A stretch of 64,000 nt of DNA, taken from assembly GCF_009914755.1 (NCBI RefSeq), contig NC_060944.1. The stretch is one strand, 5' to 3'. The notes beneath the pieces were generated by a model that made no database searches, was not told where the DNA came from, and saw nothing but the letters and a program-made list of their open reading frames with translations. The DNA is from the human T2T-CHM13v2.0 reference genome, Homo sapiens. The translations under genes were made by a program, and so were the position numbers. How positions within the stretch are numbered: the stretch's first letter is position 1; every line of letters starts with the position of its first letter. Of this stretch, positions 38,560-50,012 are shown one piece after another.

Positions 38560-39560
38560 TGTAAACTTTAAAGGCCCTGTTGGCTCACAGGGATCTGAAG
38601 TCCCATTGCTGCTTTTTGTAGCCTCTTCCTAATGTCAGGCACAGCAGATTGAGTAATGAAATGTGTAACCAGGAAAGCTTGCCCTTCCAGGGAGTCTAGG
38701 TCCGAATTAGTCTATTCCCTGAGTGCCTCAACCAAATGGCCCAGAAACTAGTGGGATTTTTGTCTTTTCCCTGAGTTAAAATATCTCTAACCTTGTCATA
38801 AATGACTGGCTTAACCACACTATTTTTCTCCTGCTTTTTTCCTGTGGCACAGCAAGCAGACACCAATACTTGCAAGTCATGACAATTTAAATTAAAGAAC
38901 GTGGACAGCTTAGTCAACTCCTCTGCAAACTTTTCTGGATCCTCTGAAAACTGGCTGAATTTTTCCTTGTATAAATGAAAAGTCTTGTACACACAGAAAA
39001 TAGCACGTGTACTCTAAGTGTCCCCGCATTTCCATCAACTACTTCCCACAATGGACACAGGTTTGACTGTAGGGCTGATATGGGACCCCACTTCTGGTGG
39101 TACTGGTTGGACTTACTTTCTCATGCAGCAGAGGGTATAGGCTAGTTCGATAAGGGGGAGGGGTACCTTATGACCTTGCAGTGAAATTCTGTATTAGAGG
39201 ACTGGCAGGACCTCAGAACTGGGGGTCTGAGGAGACTCCAAGGAGGGCAGAGGTATTCTAGGGGGAGCAGCTGGGAGGGAGCCCATAGGTGCTCCTTCCT
39301 GGTGCCTGGAAGTAACATGAGCCAGTAAAGGGCCAATAAAAGCCTGTACATAAGGGACCTCTTCCCATTTTAATAGGATATGTCTAATTGTAAAATAGCA
39401 TTATAATGTGTATAACCATGTTTAGGCCAAATCTCTTGGTTTTCTAATTTATTTTGGACCCAAATGGCATTACAATAGAAAAATTAAGTCAAATTTGAAT
39501 TTGCTCCAATAGACTAAAAGGTACAATAGTGGCAAATCCCCTGGAGGCTTGTCACTGTCT
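38560..39560 (-). pseudogene. gag: gag remnant (matrix and capsid)
   Basis: Manual translation of about 39480-39375 gives FYCNAIWVQNKLENQEIWPKHGYTHYNAILQLDI (HERV-H/W-class matrix motif WP..G...YN.ILQLD). ORF 38696-38992 gives YKEKFSQFSEDPEKFAEEL and LTQGKDKNP (capsid/MHR-like). Confidence 0.85.
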
Positions 39561-40639
39561 TCATGTCCAACAAGGATTTCTACTGGGCACATGAGTTTGT
39601 CTAAGTCTAGCAAGAGGGTAGGAAATTGGCCCTTTGTTATTTTTCTGTCTTAGATTCTCACTTCCTGCAAAGAAAGCATAAATATAGGGCATAAGAAAGT
39701 GGGTTATAATCATTTTTCAGTGAATGAACTATGACAAAGTGTTTTTTTAAGTAAAGTGAAGAAAGAAACGTGTGAAAGTGACAATAAAAAAAGAAAATGC
39801 TGTTATGGAAAATAATAACTTTAGGTCAGAAAACAGAAAAGGCAAGACCAAGATTCCCCTAGGGTGGACTTTCAACCCACAGTCCTAGAGGGAATGCCAA
39901 TGCAAAAATCCTCAGAGTATCCAGGGGGTGGCCCAAAATAACAAACAAGGAAAACATGGAGTTCCTGTGTATGGGCCTTTGAGGGTCTCCACACCAAATG
40001 TCAAGAAACCTGGAGCATCTGGGGGCTACCAACAGTGAAACCCAAAAGCCTGGCTGGGGCCACAGAACAACATGACTGGCATCCCAGAGTCAACACAACA
40101 GGGAATCTCCCACAGCTAAGTGTCCTGCCTTAAACAATTGCCCAAATGCAGTTAGTGGGGAGCCAAAGGAAAAACTGTAAACAAAACATAAATTTCAGGG
40201 TGGAAAAAAAAATAAAATAGCAGCAGACAAAAACATAAAATGGCATTAGAGAGGAAAGGACTGAGATAAGGGGTGACAAGGATGTAGTTGGTTAGGACTT
40301 TGAATTGCTATCTAGGCAAAGCCTGGTTCACCCGATATTGGCAGGGAGGGCAGAGGGGACATTCTCCTGCCCACAGGAGCCAAAATGGCACCAACCAGTC
40401 TCCAACTTAGGGCTGGGGTGAAAGTCTGCTCCCCAGGTTTCCCCAGCTTGGGTGGACTCAGCTGCTATGGAGGGAAGGGGAGGTGTCAGTGCAGATCAGC
40501 GACCCACCAGCTGCAGTGGCAGGTCCTATGTGAGGCTGGGGTGCTGTGGCTGCTCACCCATCCACTGGGCTCCACCACCTGCCAGGAAAGATGATGGTTC
40601 TTAAAAGAGCCCTTGGCTAGTGTTACAGCTCTGCAGCTT

Positions 40640-40910
40640 TGATCACCACAGCACTGATCACCATCTTACCATCTCTCTGTCTCGCTGATCACCATCCCCC
40701 CATACTACCATTCCACTGACCGCCAATTGCTGCCTCTCACTGTCTCACTGTCCCAACAACTGTCAATCGCCAATCATTGCCTTTCCATCTCTCTCTAGTT
40801 ATTGCCTCTCACTGTCTCACTGACTGCCAATTGCTGTTTCTTGCCACGTCGCTGGTCACCATCTTGCCATCTCTCACTGTTTCTCATCATCTTGCCTTTC
40901 CACTGATTCC
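40640..40910. repeat. Degenerate short tandem repeats of the proviral 5' leader
   Basis: Recurring CTGATCACCATC, GCCAATTGCTG and CTCTCACTGTCTCACTG units. Confidence 0.75.
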
Positions 40911-41349
40911 AGGGTGAGCTAGTGGTGGCAGACAGCTACACTTTATTGAACGGGTACTGTTCCTTGTGGAGCAGGGCTGACTTATAGGCAGTGTGCCCAG
41001 AGTCAGCAACATATGGGCTCTTGGCAACAATACTTATATTCACATAAACCTACTTTCAACTACATGCAAATTAGGGGGCAGGTCAATACAAATTAAGGGG
41101 CAGGCTATTTAGAACTTTCTAGGAAAGGGGCAGTAACTTCCGGGTCATTGCCTTGGCATTTGTAAACTGTTATGGCGCTTGTGGGAGTGTCTTATGCCAA
41201 TGAGCTATAAGGTCAGCTGGGGATGACTTTAATCATCATCTGCTGGTTCCTGCTGACTTTTTTTTTTTATTTTATCCTATCTGGACCAGATCCTGTTTTG
41301 GTCAGCAGGACTGTGACCAAAAAACAAGTCCTTCCAGTCTCCTACCTCA
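40910..41349 (-). mobile_element. 5' LTR (MER66-like), U5 end missing
   Basis: Minus strand TGAGGTAGGAGACTGGAAGGACTTGTTTTTTGGTCACAGTCCTGCTGACCAAAACAGGATCTGGTCCAG; AATAAA near 40945, then an abrupt switch to the leader repeats. Confidence 0.8.
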
Positions 41350-41534
41350 ACATTAATTAGATCATAGTTTTCTAATTAATTAATCATGACTTGTCAGCAT
41401 TCTTCTTACATATTTAGCTATAATTTCAATTTAGGGGGAATTTGCCTGCACCACCCACTCCTCAGCTGAGAATCGATATCTAAAAATCACTGCATGAATT
41501 TGTTTCATCATCTTCTCTGGTGGGGGTGGGACAG

Positions 41535-41894
41535 TATGTTAGTCCACCCTCACACTGCTATAAAGACATACCTGAGACTAGGTAATTTATAAAGAAAGGA
41601 GGTTTAATTGACTCACAGTTTTGCATGGCTGGGGAGGCTTCAGGAAACTTACAATCATGGCGAAGGGCAAAAGAGAAGCAAGCACCTTCTTACAAGACAG
41701 CAGAAGAGAGAGTGAGCGAGGAGAAGTGCCACACTCTCAAACCGTTAGATCTCCTAAGAACTCACTATCATGAAAACAGCATGGGGGAAACCACCCCTGC
41801 GATCCAATCACCTCCCACCTAGACCCTCCCTCAACACATGGGGATTACAATTCGAGATGAGATTTGGGTGGGGACACAGAGCCAAACAATATCA
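41535..41894 (-). mobile_element. MSTA (MaLR) solo LTR
   Basis: TATGTTAGTCCACCCTCACACTGCTATAAAGACATACCTGAGACTAGGTAATTTATAAAG ... GGGACACAGAGCCAAACAATATCA. Confidence 0.92.
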
Positions 41895-41897
41895 GAT

Positions 41898-41955
41898 GAA
41901 GGAAGGAAGGAAGGGAAGGAGGGAGGCAGTGAGGAAGGGAGGGAGGAAGGGAGGA
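41898..41955. repeat. (GGAA/GGGA)n purine tract
   Basis: GAAGGAAGGAAGGAAGGGAAGGAGGGAGG... Confidence 0.85.
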
Positions 41956-42759
41956 TTAGGTATCTTTTATAACAAGAAAATTGTCACAATTTTTTCAGGA
42001 ATACAGGTTCCATTGGTGAATATCAGGTCATCTCTCCTGTACCCCTGATTTTATTTGATTCCCTAAATGCCCCTCAGTAAGAAGGAAATGTGCACTAATT
42101 GGTTGAGGCTCAAAGTGATTATTCATTATGAAAGTAATCCTACATATCAATTCCCTTTGAAGGATGTTTAGGAGAACTGCTATTATTTTTCTTTCACCTT
42201 GGAAAAGAAAAAGCAAAACCAAGCCAGCCAGGTTTATTCTGCTTCATTACAGCTTGAAAATGCATTTACTGTACAGTCGTTTTTCAATATAGTAAATCTC
42301 TCTGGGAGCAGTTTATTCTGCGAGATGCAGAGTTATCTTAGTTGGATAATTCATGCTCTTTGGTTTACCTGGGATGTGCAATTGAGGCCAGTTGCTGAAA
42401 TGGTACCAAGAGCAACAACGACATCAAGAGGCAATGACAAGTTCCAAGGGTTATGGCACTAAGAGTGTGGGGCTACAGCTGTGGCTGTGTTTCAGATCCC
42501 CAAGTGCCCATGTGAGTTCCTGGCTCAACACCATGAATACGCCAGGAGAGAGCCCTTGCCTGGTCAGTGACACAGACCGTAGGACAAGGGAAGTGTCAAT
42601 GGGATCTGGCCAAGAATTCCTATTAGAATACCTGGTGAATTATGGCTTTTGAGAAGCAGTAATAATCTTCACATAAAGGGATTCCTATGTTGATTGTAAT
42701 AAAAACGAATCCAAGCCCCACCAGCCTCCCTCATTTGGATTCCTAAGTTTCTCCCAAGT

Positions 42760-43400
42760 GGCTTCCCAGCCCTCAGCTCCACTCTCTCTGATTTCATTCT
42801 TCACCTTCTATCCAGAGATATTTTCTCAAAAGAAAGTCTAGTCAAGTTGTTTTCCTATCTATATTCAGCCAGTGCTTACCCAATCTCATAAAATGAAGTG
42901 TGAATATTTACTGATTACAGAGATTATAAGGCTTTCACTCTTCAAGTTTTCCTCTTGCTAGTTCACTTTCTAGTTGCTCTGATTTTTTTTCTGTTTCACA
43001 CTCTCCCCAAGCTTTTATTAGCCTTGTGACTTCTGCACATGTTGTTCTCTTTACCTGAAATACTTTCCCTCATTCTGCACTCTCCTTGGGTCCAAAATTC
43101 AACATCTTTCCTTTGGGCTGGGAGTGAAGAAGTCACCACCTTCAACAGAAGACTCGGCGGTGCTCTTACATATCATAACTCCTCATAGCACACCTTAAAC
43201 AACAGTCTTCACACTTTAGGGTTATCACATGTTTAATATCTGTCTTGTTCACAGCACTACAAGATCTCTGAAGGCAGGTGTCTTATTCTCTACACTACAA
43301 GACCTGTTAAGGCAGGGACCACACTTGTCTCATTTATTACTGTGTTACATTACCTTGGACTGTTTCTAAAACATAGGCTCAATTAAGATTTGTTGAATGC
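42760..43400 (+). mobile_element. L2 3' region
   Basis: CTTCTGCACATGTTGTTCTCTTTACCTGAAATACT ... GGCAGGGACCACACTTGTC ... ATAGGCTCAATTAAGATTTGTTGAATG. Confidence 0.75.
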
Positions 43401-43617
43401 ACAGATCACCAAATGAGGTGCTCACTGGTCTCCCATCTGCCTCTGACAAGGGGGCATTACCAGTGAACCCATTTTCACAGTGAAACCCCTTTCTCTCTCT
43501 CTTATTTCATTCCTTTAAAAACAGAAAGTAATGATAGGACTTGTTGCTGATTCTTGAGTATGAGCTTATTCAGTTAATGCCAAGTTCCTTGCACAGTCCG
43601 TCTTTGGCTGGTTTAGA

Positions 43618-43798
43618 GCAATGGTTTGGGGATTGGAGAACTTCCCCCTGGAGGGCTTAAAACACAGTGTTCTGGACCCTACTCCAGAGTTTCTGGTGCA
43701 GGGATCTGTAGTGAAGCCTGAGTGTCTTCATTTTTAACAAGTTCCCAGGTGCTACTGACACTGCTGGTCTGGAGACCACAGTTTGTGAGCCACTGGTC
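43618..43798. mobile_element. MER5A
   Basis: CCTGGAGGGCTTAAAACACAG ... TTTTAACAAGTTCCCAGGTGCTACTGACACTGCTGGTCTGGAGACCACAGTTTG. Confidence 0.8.
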
Positions 43799-44077
43799 TG
43801 AACATCCTATTTAAAGTCACTTCATTTCTACAGTCTCACTGTCCTATCTTATCTCAGTATGTGGACCCCCCATCTAATTAACCTACGGTTCATCTACTTT
43901 TCATGAGATTAACACTTGGCCAGATCCTGCTGTGGCGGATACTCAGTGCAACATGTTATGTTTTGACCTTGCATAGAGTCATTAAGCAAGTTTGATTAAG
44001 CAGGGCCTTTCTATGCCTAGTAAGGCCCAAAAATAAGCAAAAAATATATGGGACATGACCACATAAAGAAAACCTGC

Positions 44078-46468
44078 TAGCGATTTTTGCACATTGATTT
44101 TATATCCTGAGGCTTTGCTGAAGTTGTTTATCAGTTTAAGAAGCCTTTGCACTGAGGCAATGGGGTTTTCTAGATATAGGATCATGTCATCTGCAAACAG
44201 GGAAATTTGACTTCCTATCTCCAGTTTGAATATTCTTTATTTCTTTCTCTTGCCTGATTGCCCTGGCCAGAACTTCCACTACTCTGTTGAATAGAAATGG
44301 TGAGAGAGGGCATCCTTCTCTTGTGCTGGTTTTCAAGGGGAATGCTTCCAGCTTTTGCCCATTTAGGATGATATTGGTTGTGGGTTTGTAATAGATGACT
44401 CTTGTTATTTTGAGGTATGTCTCTTCAATACCTAATTTATTGAGAGTTGGTCAACATGAAGAGATGTTGAATTTTATCAAAGGCCTTTTCTGCATCTATT
44501 GCGATAATCTTGGGTTTTGCCTTTAGTTCTGTTTACGTGATGAATTGCATTTATTGATTTGTGTATGTTGAACCAACCTTGCATCCTGGGGATGAAGCCA
44601 ACTTGATAGTGGTGGGTAAGCTTTTTGATGCATTCCTGTATTCCAACAACAGGCAAGCAGAGAGCCAAATCATGAATGAACTCCCATTCACAATTGCTAC
44701 AAAAATATTAAAAGACCTAGGAAAACAGCTAACAAAGGAAGTGAAGGCACTCTTCAAGGAAATCTAAAAACCAATGCTCAAATAAATCAGAAAGTACACA
44801 AACAAATGGAGAAACATTCCATGCTCACAGATAGGAAGAATTAATATCATGAAAATGGCCATACTGCCCAAAGTAATTTATAGATTCAATGCTATTCCCA
44901 TTAAACTACCATTGATATTTTTCACAGAATTAGAAAAGGCTATTTAAAATTCGTGTGGAATATAAAAAGAGCCCAAATAGCCAAGACAATCCTAAGCAAA
45001 AAGAACAAAGTCGTAGGCATCATGCTACTCAACTTCAAACTATACCACAAGGCTACGTTAACCAAAACAGCATGATAATGGTACAAGAACAGACACATAG
45101 ACCAATGGAACAGAATAGAGAATTCAGAAATAAGACTGCACACCTACAACCATCTGATCTTTAACAAACCTGACAAAAACAACAATGGGAGAAGGACTTC
45201 CTAATTAATAAATGGTACTGGGAAAACTGGCTAGCCATATGCAGAAAATTGAAACTGGACCACTTCCTTATACCTTATACAAAAATTAACTCAAGATGGA
45301 TTAAAGACTTAAATGCAAAACCCAAGACTATAAAAACCCTTGAAGAAAATCTAAGCAATGCCATTCAGGACATAGGCACGGGCAAAGATTTCATGACAAA
45401 AAATGCCAAAAGCAATTGTAACAAAAGCAAAAATTGAAATATGATTAATTAAACTGAAGAACTTCTGCACAGCAAAAGAAACTATCATCAGAGTGAATAG
45501 ACAAAATACAGAATGGGAGAAAATTTTTGCAATTTATTCATCTGACAAAGGTCTAATATCCAGAGTCTACAAGGAATTTAAATTTACAAGAAAAACAACA
45601 ACCCCATTAAAAAGTGGAAAGAGGACATGAACAGATACTTCTTAAAAGATGGTACACATGCAGCCAACAACCATATGAAAAAAAGGTCAACATCACTGAT
45701 CATTAGAGAAATGCAAATCAAAACCACAATGAGATACCATCTCACACCAGTCAGAATGGCCATTATTAAAAGTCAAAAAACAACAGATGCTGGCAAGATT
45801 GTGGAGAAAAAGGAAACAATTGTACACTGTTTGTGGGAGTGTAATTTAGTTCAACCATTGTAGAAGACAGTGTGGTGATTCTTCAAAGTTCTAGAGGCAG
45901 AAACACCACTTGACCCAGCAATCCCATTACTGGGCATATACCCAAAGGAACAAAAACCATCCTGTTATAAAGACATATGCATATGTATGTTCGTTGCAGC
46001 ACTATTCACAATAGCAAACACATGGAATCAACCTAAATACCCATAAATGATAGACTGGATAAAGAAAATTTGGTACATATGCACCATGGAATACTATGTA
46101 GCCATAAAAAGGAATGAGATCATGTCCTTTGCAGGGACATGGATGGAGTTGGAAGTCATTATCCTCAGTAAACTGATGCAGGAACAGAAAACCAAACACC
46201 ACGTGTTTTCACTTATAGGTAGGAGCTGAATGATGAGAACGCATGGACACAGTGTGGGGAACAACACACACTGAGGCCTGTTGTGTGAAGAGCGAGGGAG
46301 AGCATCAAGAAGAATAGCTAATGGCTGCTATGCTTAATATTTAGTTGATGGGATGATCTGTGCAGCAAACCACCACGGCACACATTTACCTATGAACAAG
46401 CCTGCACATACTGCACATATACCCCTGAACTTAAAATAAAAGTTGAAAAAAAAACAAAAAAAAAAAAC
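44078..46468 (+). mobile_element. L1PA (about PA8-PA13) with inverted 5' segment (44078-44629 minus; 44630-46468 plus)
   Basis: TSD AAAGAAAACCTGC (44065-44077) / AAAGAAAAACTGC (46469-46481); ORF2 RT and C-terminal remnants; 3' UTR GGGAGAGCATCAAGAAGAATAGCTAATGG; poly(A). Confidence 0.95.
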
Positions 46469-46556
46469 AAAGAAAAACTGCAGTTATTGACTCTGTTTCA
46501 CAGCATTAGAGAGAGTTGATGATAGTTTAGATTGGAATTAAATCTTTTCTGGATGA

Positions 46557-46810
<254 letters not shown>

Positions 46811-46829
46811 ATCCTGTATTTTCATAGTC

Positions 46830-47277
46830 ATCTTTTTCTCTAAGGCCAAAGTACCCAGTAAACAAGGTTTTAGTTTTGTTTATTTATTTATTTATTTGGA
46901 GTGCTCTCCACATCTCTTACAGTATTTACTTTCTAAACTTACCTTATAGGCATGATTCAGTATGCTCAGATACAAAGAATCAGTCACTTTATTTGGTTCA
47001 GGTTTTCACTTTCATTTAGATCATAGGCCCCTAAATTTTGACTACGGTTTATGAAATAAACACAAAGCATGAAATTTTAGGAAACCCAACATCTCATGAC
47101 TGACTTCCTTGGCTATGGTTTTTAGCTATGATTACCTTCTTGCTTAGTAAGTCACTCGTTTACTTCTCAGGGCTAGCTGGATGCCTGGAATGTCTTTTAA
47201 AGGAACTTAAAATTGTCCTTTATTTCCATGCTTAAGGGGCCCAGCAGGCACCTAAGACAGGTCCCAGCTCTGTCTCA
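46830..47277 (-). mobile_element. ERV1 solo LTR, MER67-like
   Basis: Minus strand begins TGAGACAGAGCTGGGACCTGTCTTAGGTGCCTGCTGGGCCCCTTAAGCATGGAAATAAAGG; left boundary approximate. Confidence 0.65.
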
Positions 47278-47359
47278 CTATAACATGTTGAGGGGCTCCA
47301 AAGTGTTGAGAACCTGCATGCTGACTTACCAATTGGATGTTGATTAGAATTGGTTCACC

Positions 47360-47560
47360 ATCCATCCATCCAATCACTCAATAAAGCACAAAAACAACAA
47401 AACTCATTGTATAAGGTGCTGCGGGAATCAAAGACTTATAAACCAGGGATGTCTTACCTTGAGGATCTTATCATGTGACAGGAAAAGATACACAGACAAG
47501 TGATTGCATAGCACCACAAAGAGATATAATGAGAAAGTTAAGTCTACCCAGAAGAGGAAG
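47360..47560 (-). mobile_element. L2 fragment
   Basis: CATCCATCCATCCAATCACTCAATAAA ... GTCTTACCTTGAGGATCTTATCATGT. Confidence 0.5.
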
Positions 47561-47569
47561 TACGGTAAA

Positions 47570-47785
47570 AGAGCTTAGACTTTAAAGGAAGGAAGATTTA
47601 AATACCAAATCCAGTCCTTGTTAGGCAGGCGGGCACATACCCACTGTAAACTTTTGGTTTTTTCATCTGTAAAAATGAATAGTATGTAGAATTATATTTT
47701 TAAGAGTTTGCAATATTGTATGATACTATTTAGTAAGGGTTGTACTCTCAAAAAAAAAATGCCGTGGTTAATGTTAAGCATGGTA
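47570..47785 (+). mobile_element. MIR
   Basis: AAGAGCTTAGACTTT ... TTTTTCATCTGTAAAAATGAATAG. Confidence 0.55.
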
Positions 47786-48112
47786 TTCAGATTAAAACTG
47801 AGTGTTTCTTTCACAACCATTTTCCTGTCTCCTGGGGTCAGACCACATCCCTTTCCAAACTGCCCTCAAACCGTCTGCCTCCGAACTAGTGCTTGTTCTA
47901 CTTTTCTGCCCTCTGCAGGCTTTGCTGCCTGTAGCCTTAGCAGTCCATTTATGTGCAGAAGACCGTGAGGAGGGGCACCAGGCAGCCACTCCAGAGGCAA
48001 GGTCAGGAACCCAGGTGCCCTGGAGCTCACTCTGGACTCTGTGCTGCTTCTGGTCTGAATTTAGAGACAGGATCAAAGTACATAAGAGTGGATTAAGCCA
48101 CCACATGAACTA

Positions 48113-48152
48113 CAGACACACACACACACACACACTCACTCACACATGTGTG
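48113..48152. repeat. (CA)n microsatellite
   Basis: CAGACACACACACACACACACACTCACTCACAC. Confidence 0.9.
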
Positions 48153-49111
48153 CATTCCATGAAGAATGGAATTGAGTGCAGCCTGGCAGCTTTCCCTGCT
48201 GGAAGCAAATCTGGGCTTGTTAGATGCTGTCTGTTTCAGGCTAACATAGATGTGTGAAGGCCTCTGTCAAGTGCACCCAGTTGAGCCGACAGACCGTCCA
48301 GTCCTATCCTGAGCTGTCTTTTGACTTCATCTAAGAAAGGCACAAAGCACAACTGGAAATAAATGCAGTACAGGAGGCAGAACTAACTGGGCAGCCGCCT
48401 TCTCCTAGGCATCTTCGTTTTGTAGCAGGGACAGAGGCGATCCGGATCCTCCTCTCCCAGTCTTCCTTCATGCAAAAGCACATATGCTCATTGCTGTCCC
48501 AAAAGACATGAACATTCAGGAAACACACCATCGACTTCTAAGGGAAAAACACATTTTGATGGATTTGAGGTACAGTAGGAGGTACACAAATGAGTAACAG
48601 CACCTATGTACTTTCCATCTCCATAACTGTGCGCATCCACAGAAATATCCAATTTCATATTCCTCATCTCATTATGAAGTGACAAGAGTTTCATTTACAA
48701 TGCCAAAGAAATCTATTGCTGTCTTCAATCACAGCCGGTCATGTGGTGGTGTGACTGCTGTACTCCAGCATGGTGCTGGACAGTTTATGCATACAGCATG
48801 ATGATAAATTAATCCACCAAGAAATACAAATTGGTACAGTTATGTGTAACATACTCATGTGGTGCCTGTCATACATTAGGGAGAGGAGTAGACTCTGATG
48901 ACCTCACTGTTTTCAGCCAACAGAGGGTGAACAAGAGCTTAGTGCAAAGCACTCAGCAAACGGAGGAAGGTGGAGACCCCCTTTCCAGGACAGTAGTACT
49001 CAGGGGCAGCCATCCCTGAATCCAACCCTGTCATCTGTCATGCCACAGGGTCTGTAGCTCTATGACTGGGTTTGTCTCTTCTCTTTCCTCTGTAGTTATG
49101 TGGGGCTTGGT

Positions 49112-50012
49112 TGTTTTTTTTTTTTATTTTTTTAAGATCATTTTAGATTTGGGGGTACTTATGCAGGCCTGTTACATGGAAACATTGCATAATGCTGAGG
49201 TTTGGGCTTCTACTGAACCCATCACCCACATAGTGAATGCAGTACCCAATAGGCATTTTTCTGACCTTTGTCTACCTCCCTTCCTGCCTCCTTTAGGAGT
49301 CCGCAGTATCTATTGTTTCTATCTCCATGTTCATGAGTACCCAGTGTGCCAGTCTCACTTATACGTGAGAAAATGCGGTATTTGATTTTCCGTTTCCCCA
49401 TTAATTCATTTAGGATAATGGCCTCCAGTTGCATCCATGTTTCTGCAAAGAACATGATTTTGTTGTTTTTTATGGCTTCATTGTAGCCCATAGTGTATAT
49501 GCACCACATTTTCTTTATCCAATACACCAATCACAGTCACCTAGGTTGGTTCCATGTCTTTGCTATCGTGAATAGTGCTGTGAATAACATATAAGTGCAC
49601 ATATCTTTTCAGTGGAAAAATTTATATTCCTTTGGGTATATAGTCAATAATGGGATTATTGGGTTGGATGATAGTTCTATTTCAGGTTCTTGGACAAATC
49701 TCCCAACTGCTTTCCACAGTGGCTGAACTGATTTACATTCCCATTGACAGTGTGTGTTCTCTTTTCTCCAAAAACTCACCAGCATCTGTTTCTTGACATT
49801 TTTTTTAAAGGGACTTGCTCTCACTCTATCACCCCAGCTGGAGTGCAGTGGTGTGATCATGGCATTTCTAGACTTTTTAATATTAGCCATTCTGACTAGC
49901 ATGAGGTGGTATATCATTGTGGTTTTGATTTGCATTTATCTGATGACTGGTGATGTGGAGCCTTTTTCCATGTTTGTTGGCCATGTGTATGTCTTCATTT
50001 GAGAAGTGTCTC
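49112..50012 (-). mobile_element. 5'-truncated L1PA16/L1PB-like 3' end
   Basis: T tail, TTTTAGATTTGGGGGTACTTATGCAGG..., and ORF2 C-terminal remnants (ORFs 49222-49530, 49609-49935). Confidence 0.92.
49798..49864 (-). mobile_element. ~65-bp Alu 3' fragment inserted in L1
   Basis: CTCACTCTATCACCCCAGCTGGAGTGCAGTGGTGTGATCATGG with TSD TTTCTTGAC / TTTCTAGAC. Confidence 0.8.

Noticed and set aside
41898-41955. EWS-FLI1-type GGAA microsatellite enhancer
   Set aside because: Only about three consecutive GGAA units; too interrupted.
44477-44767. Novel chimeric ORFs
   Set aside because: Artefacts of reading across the L1 inversion junction.
47708-48694. Cluster of ORFs (up to 151 aa) as a gene or processed pseudogene
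   Set aside because: No protein family recognised, includes a CA repeat, and no poly(A)/TSD boundaries seen.
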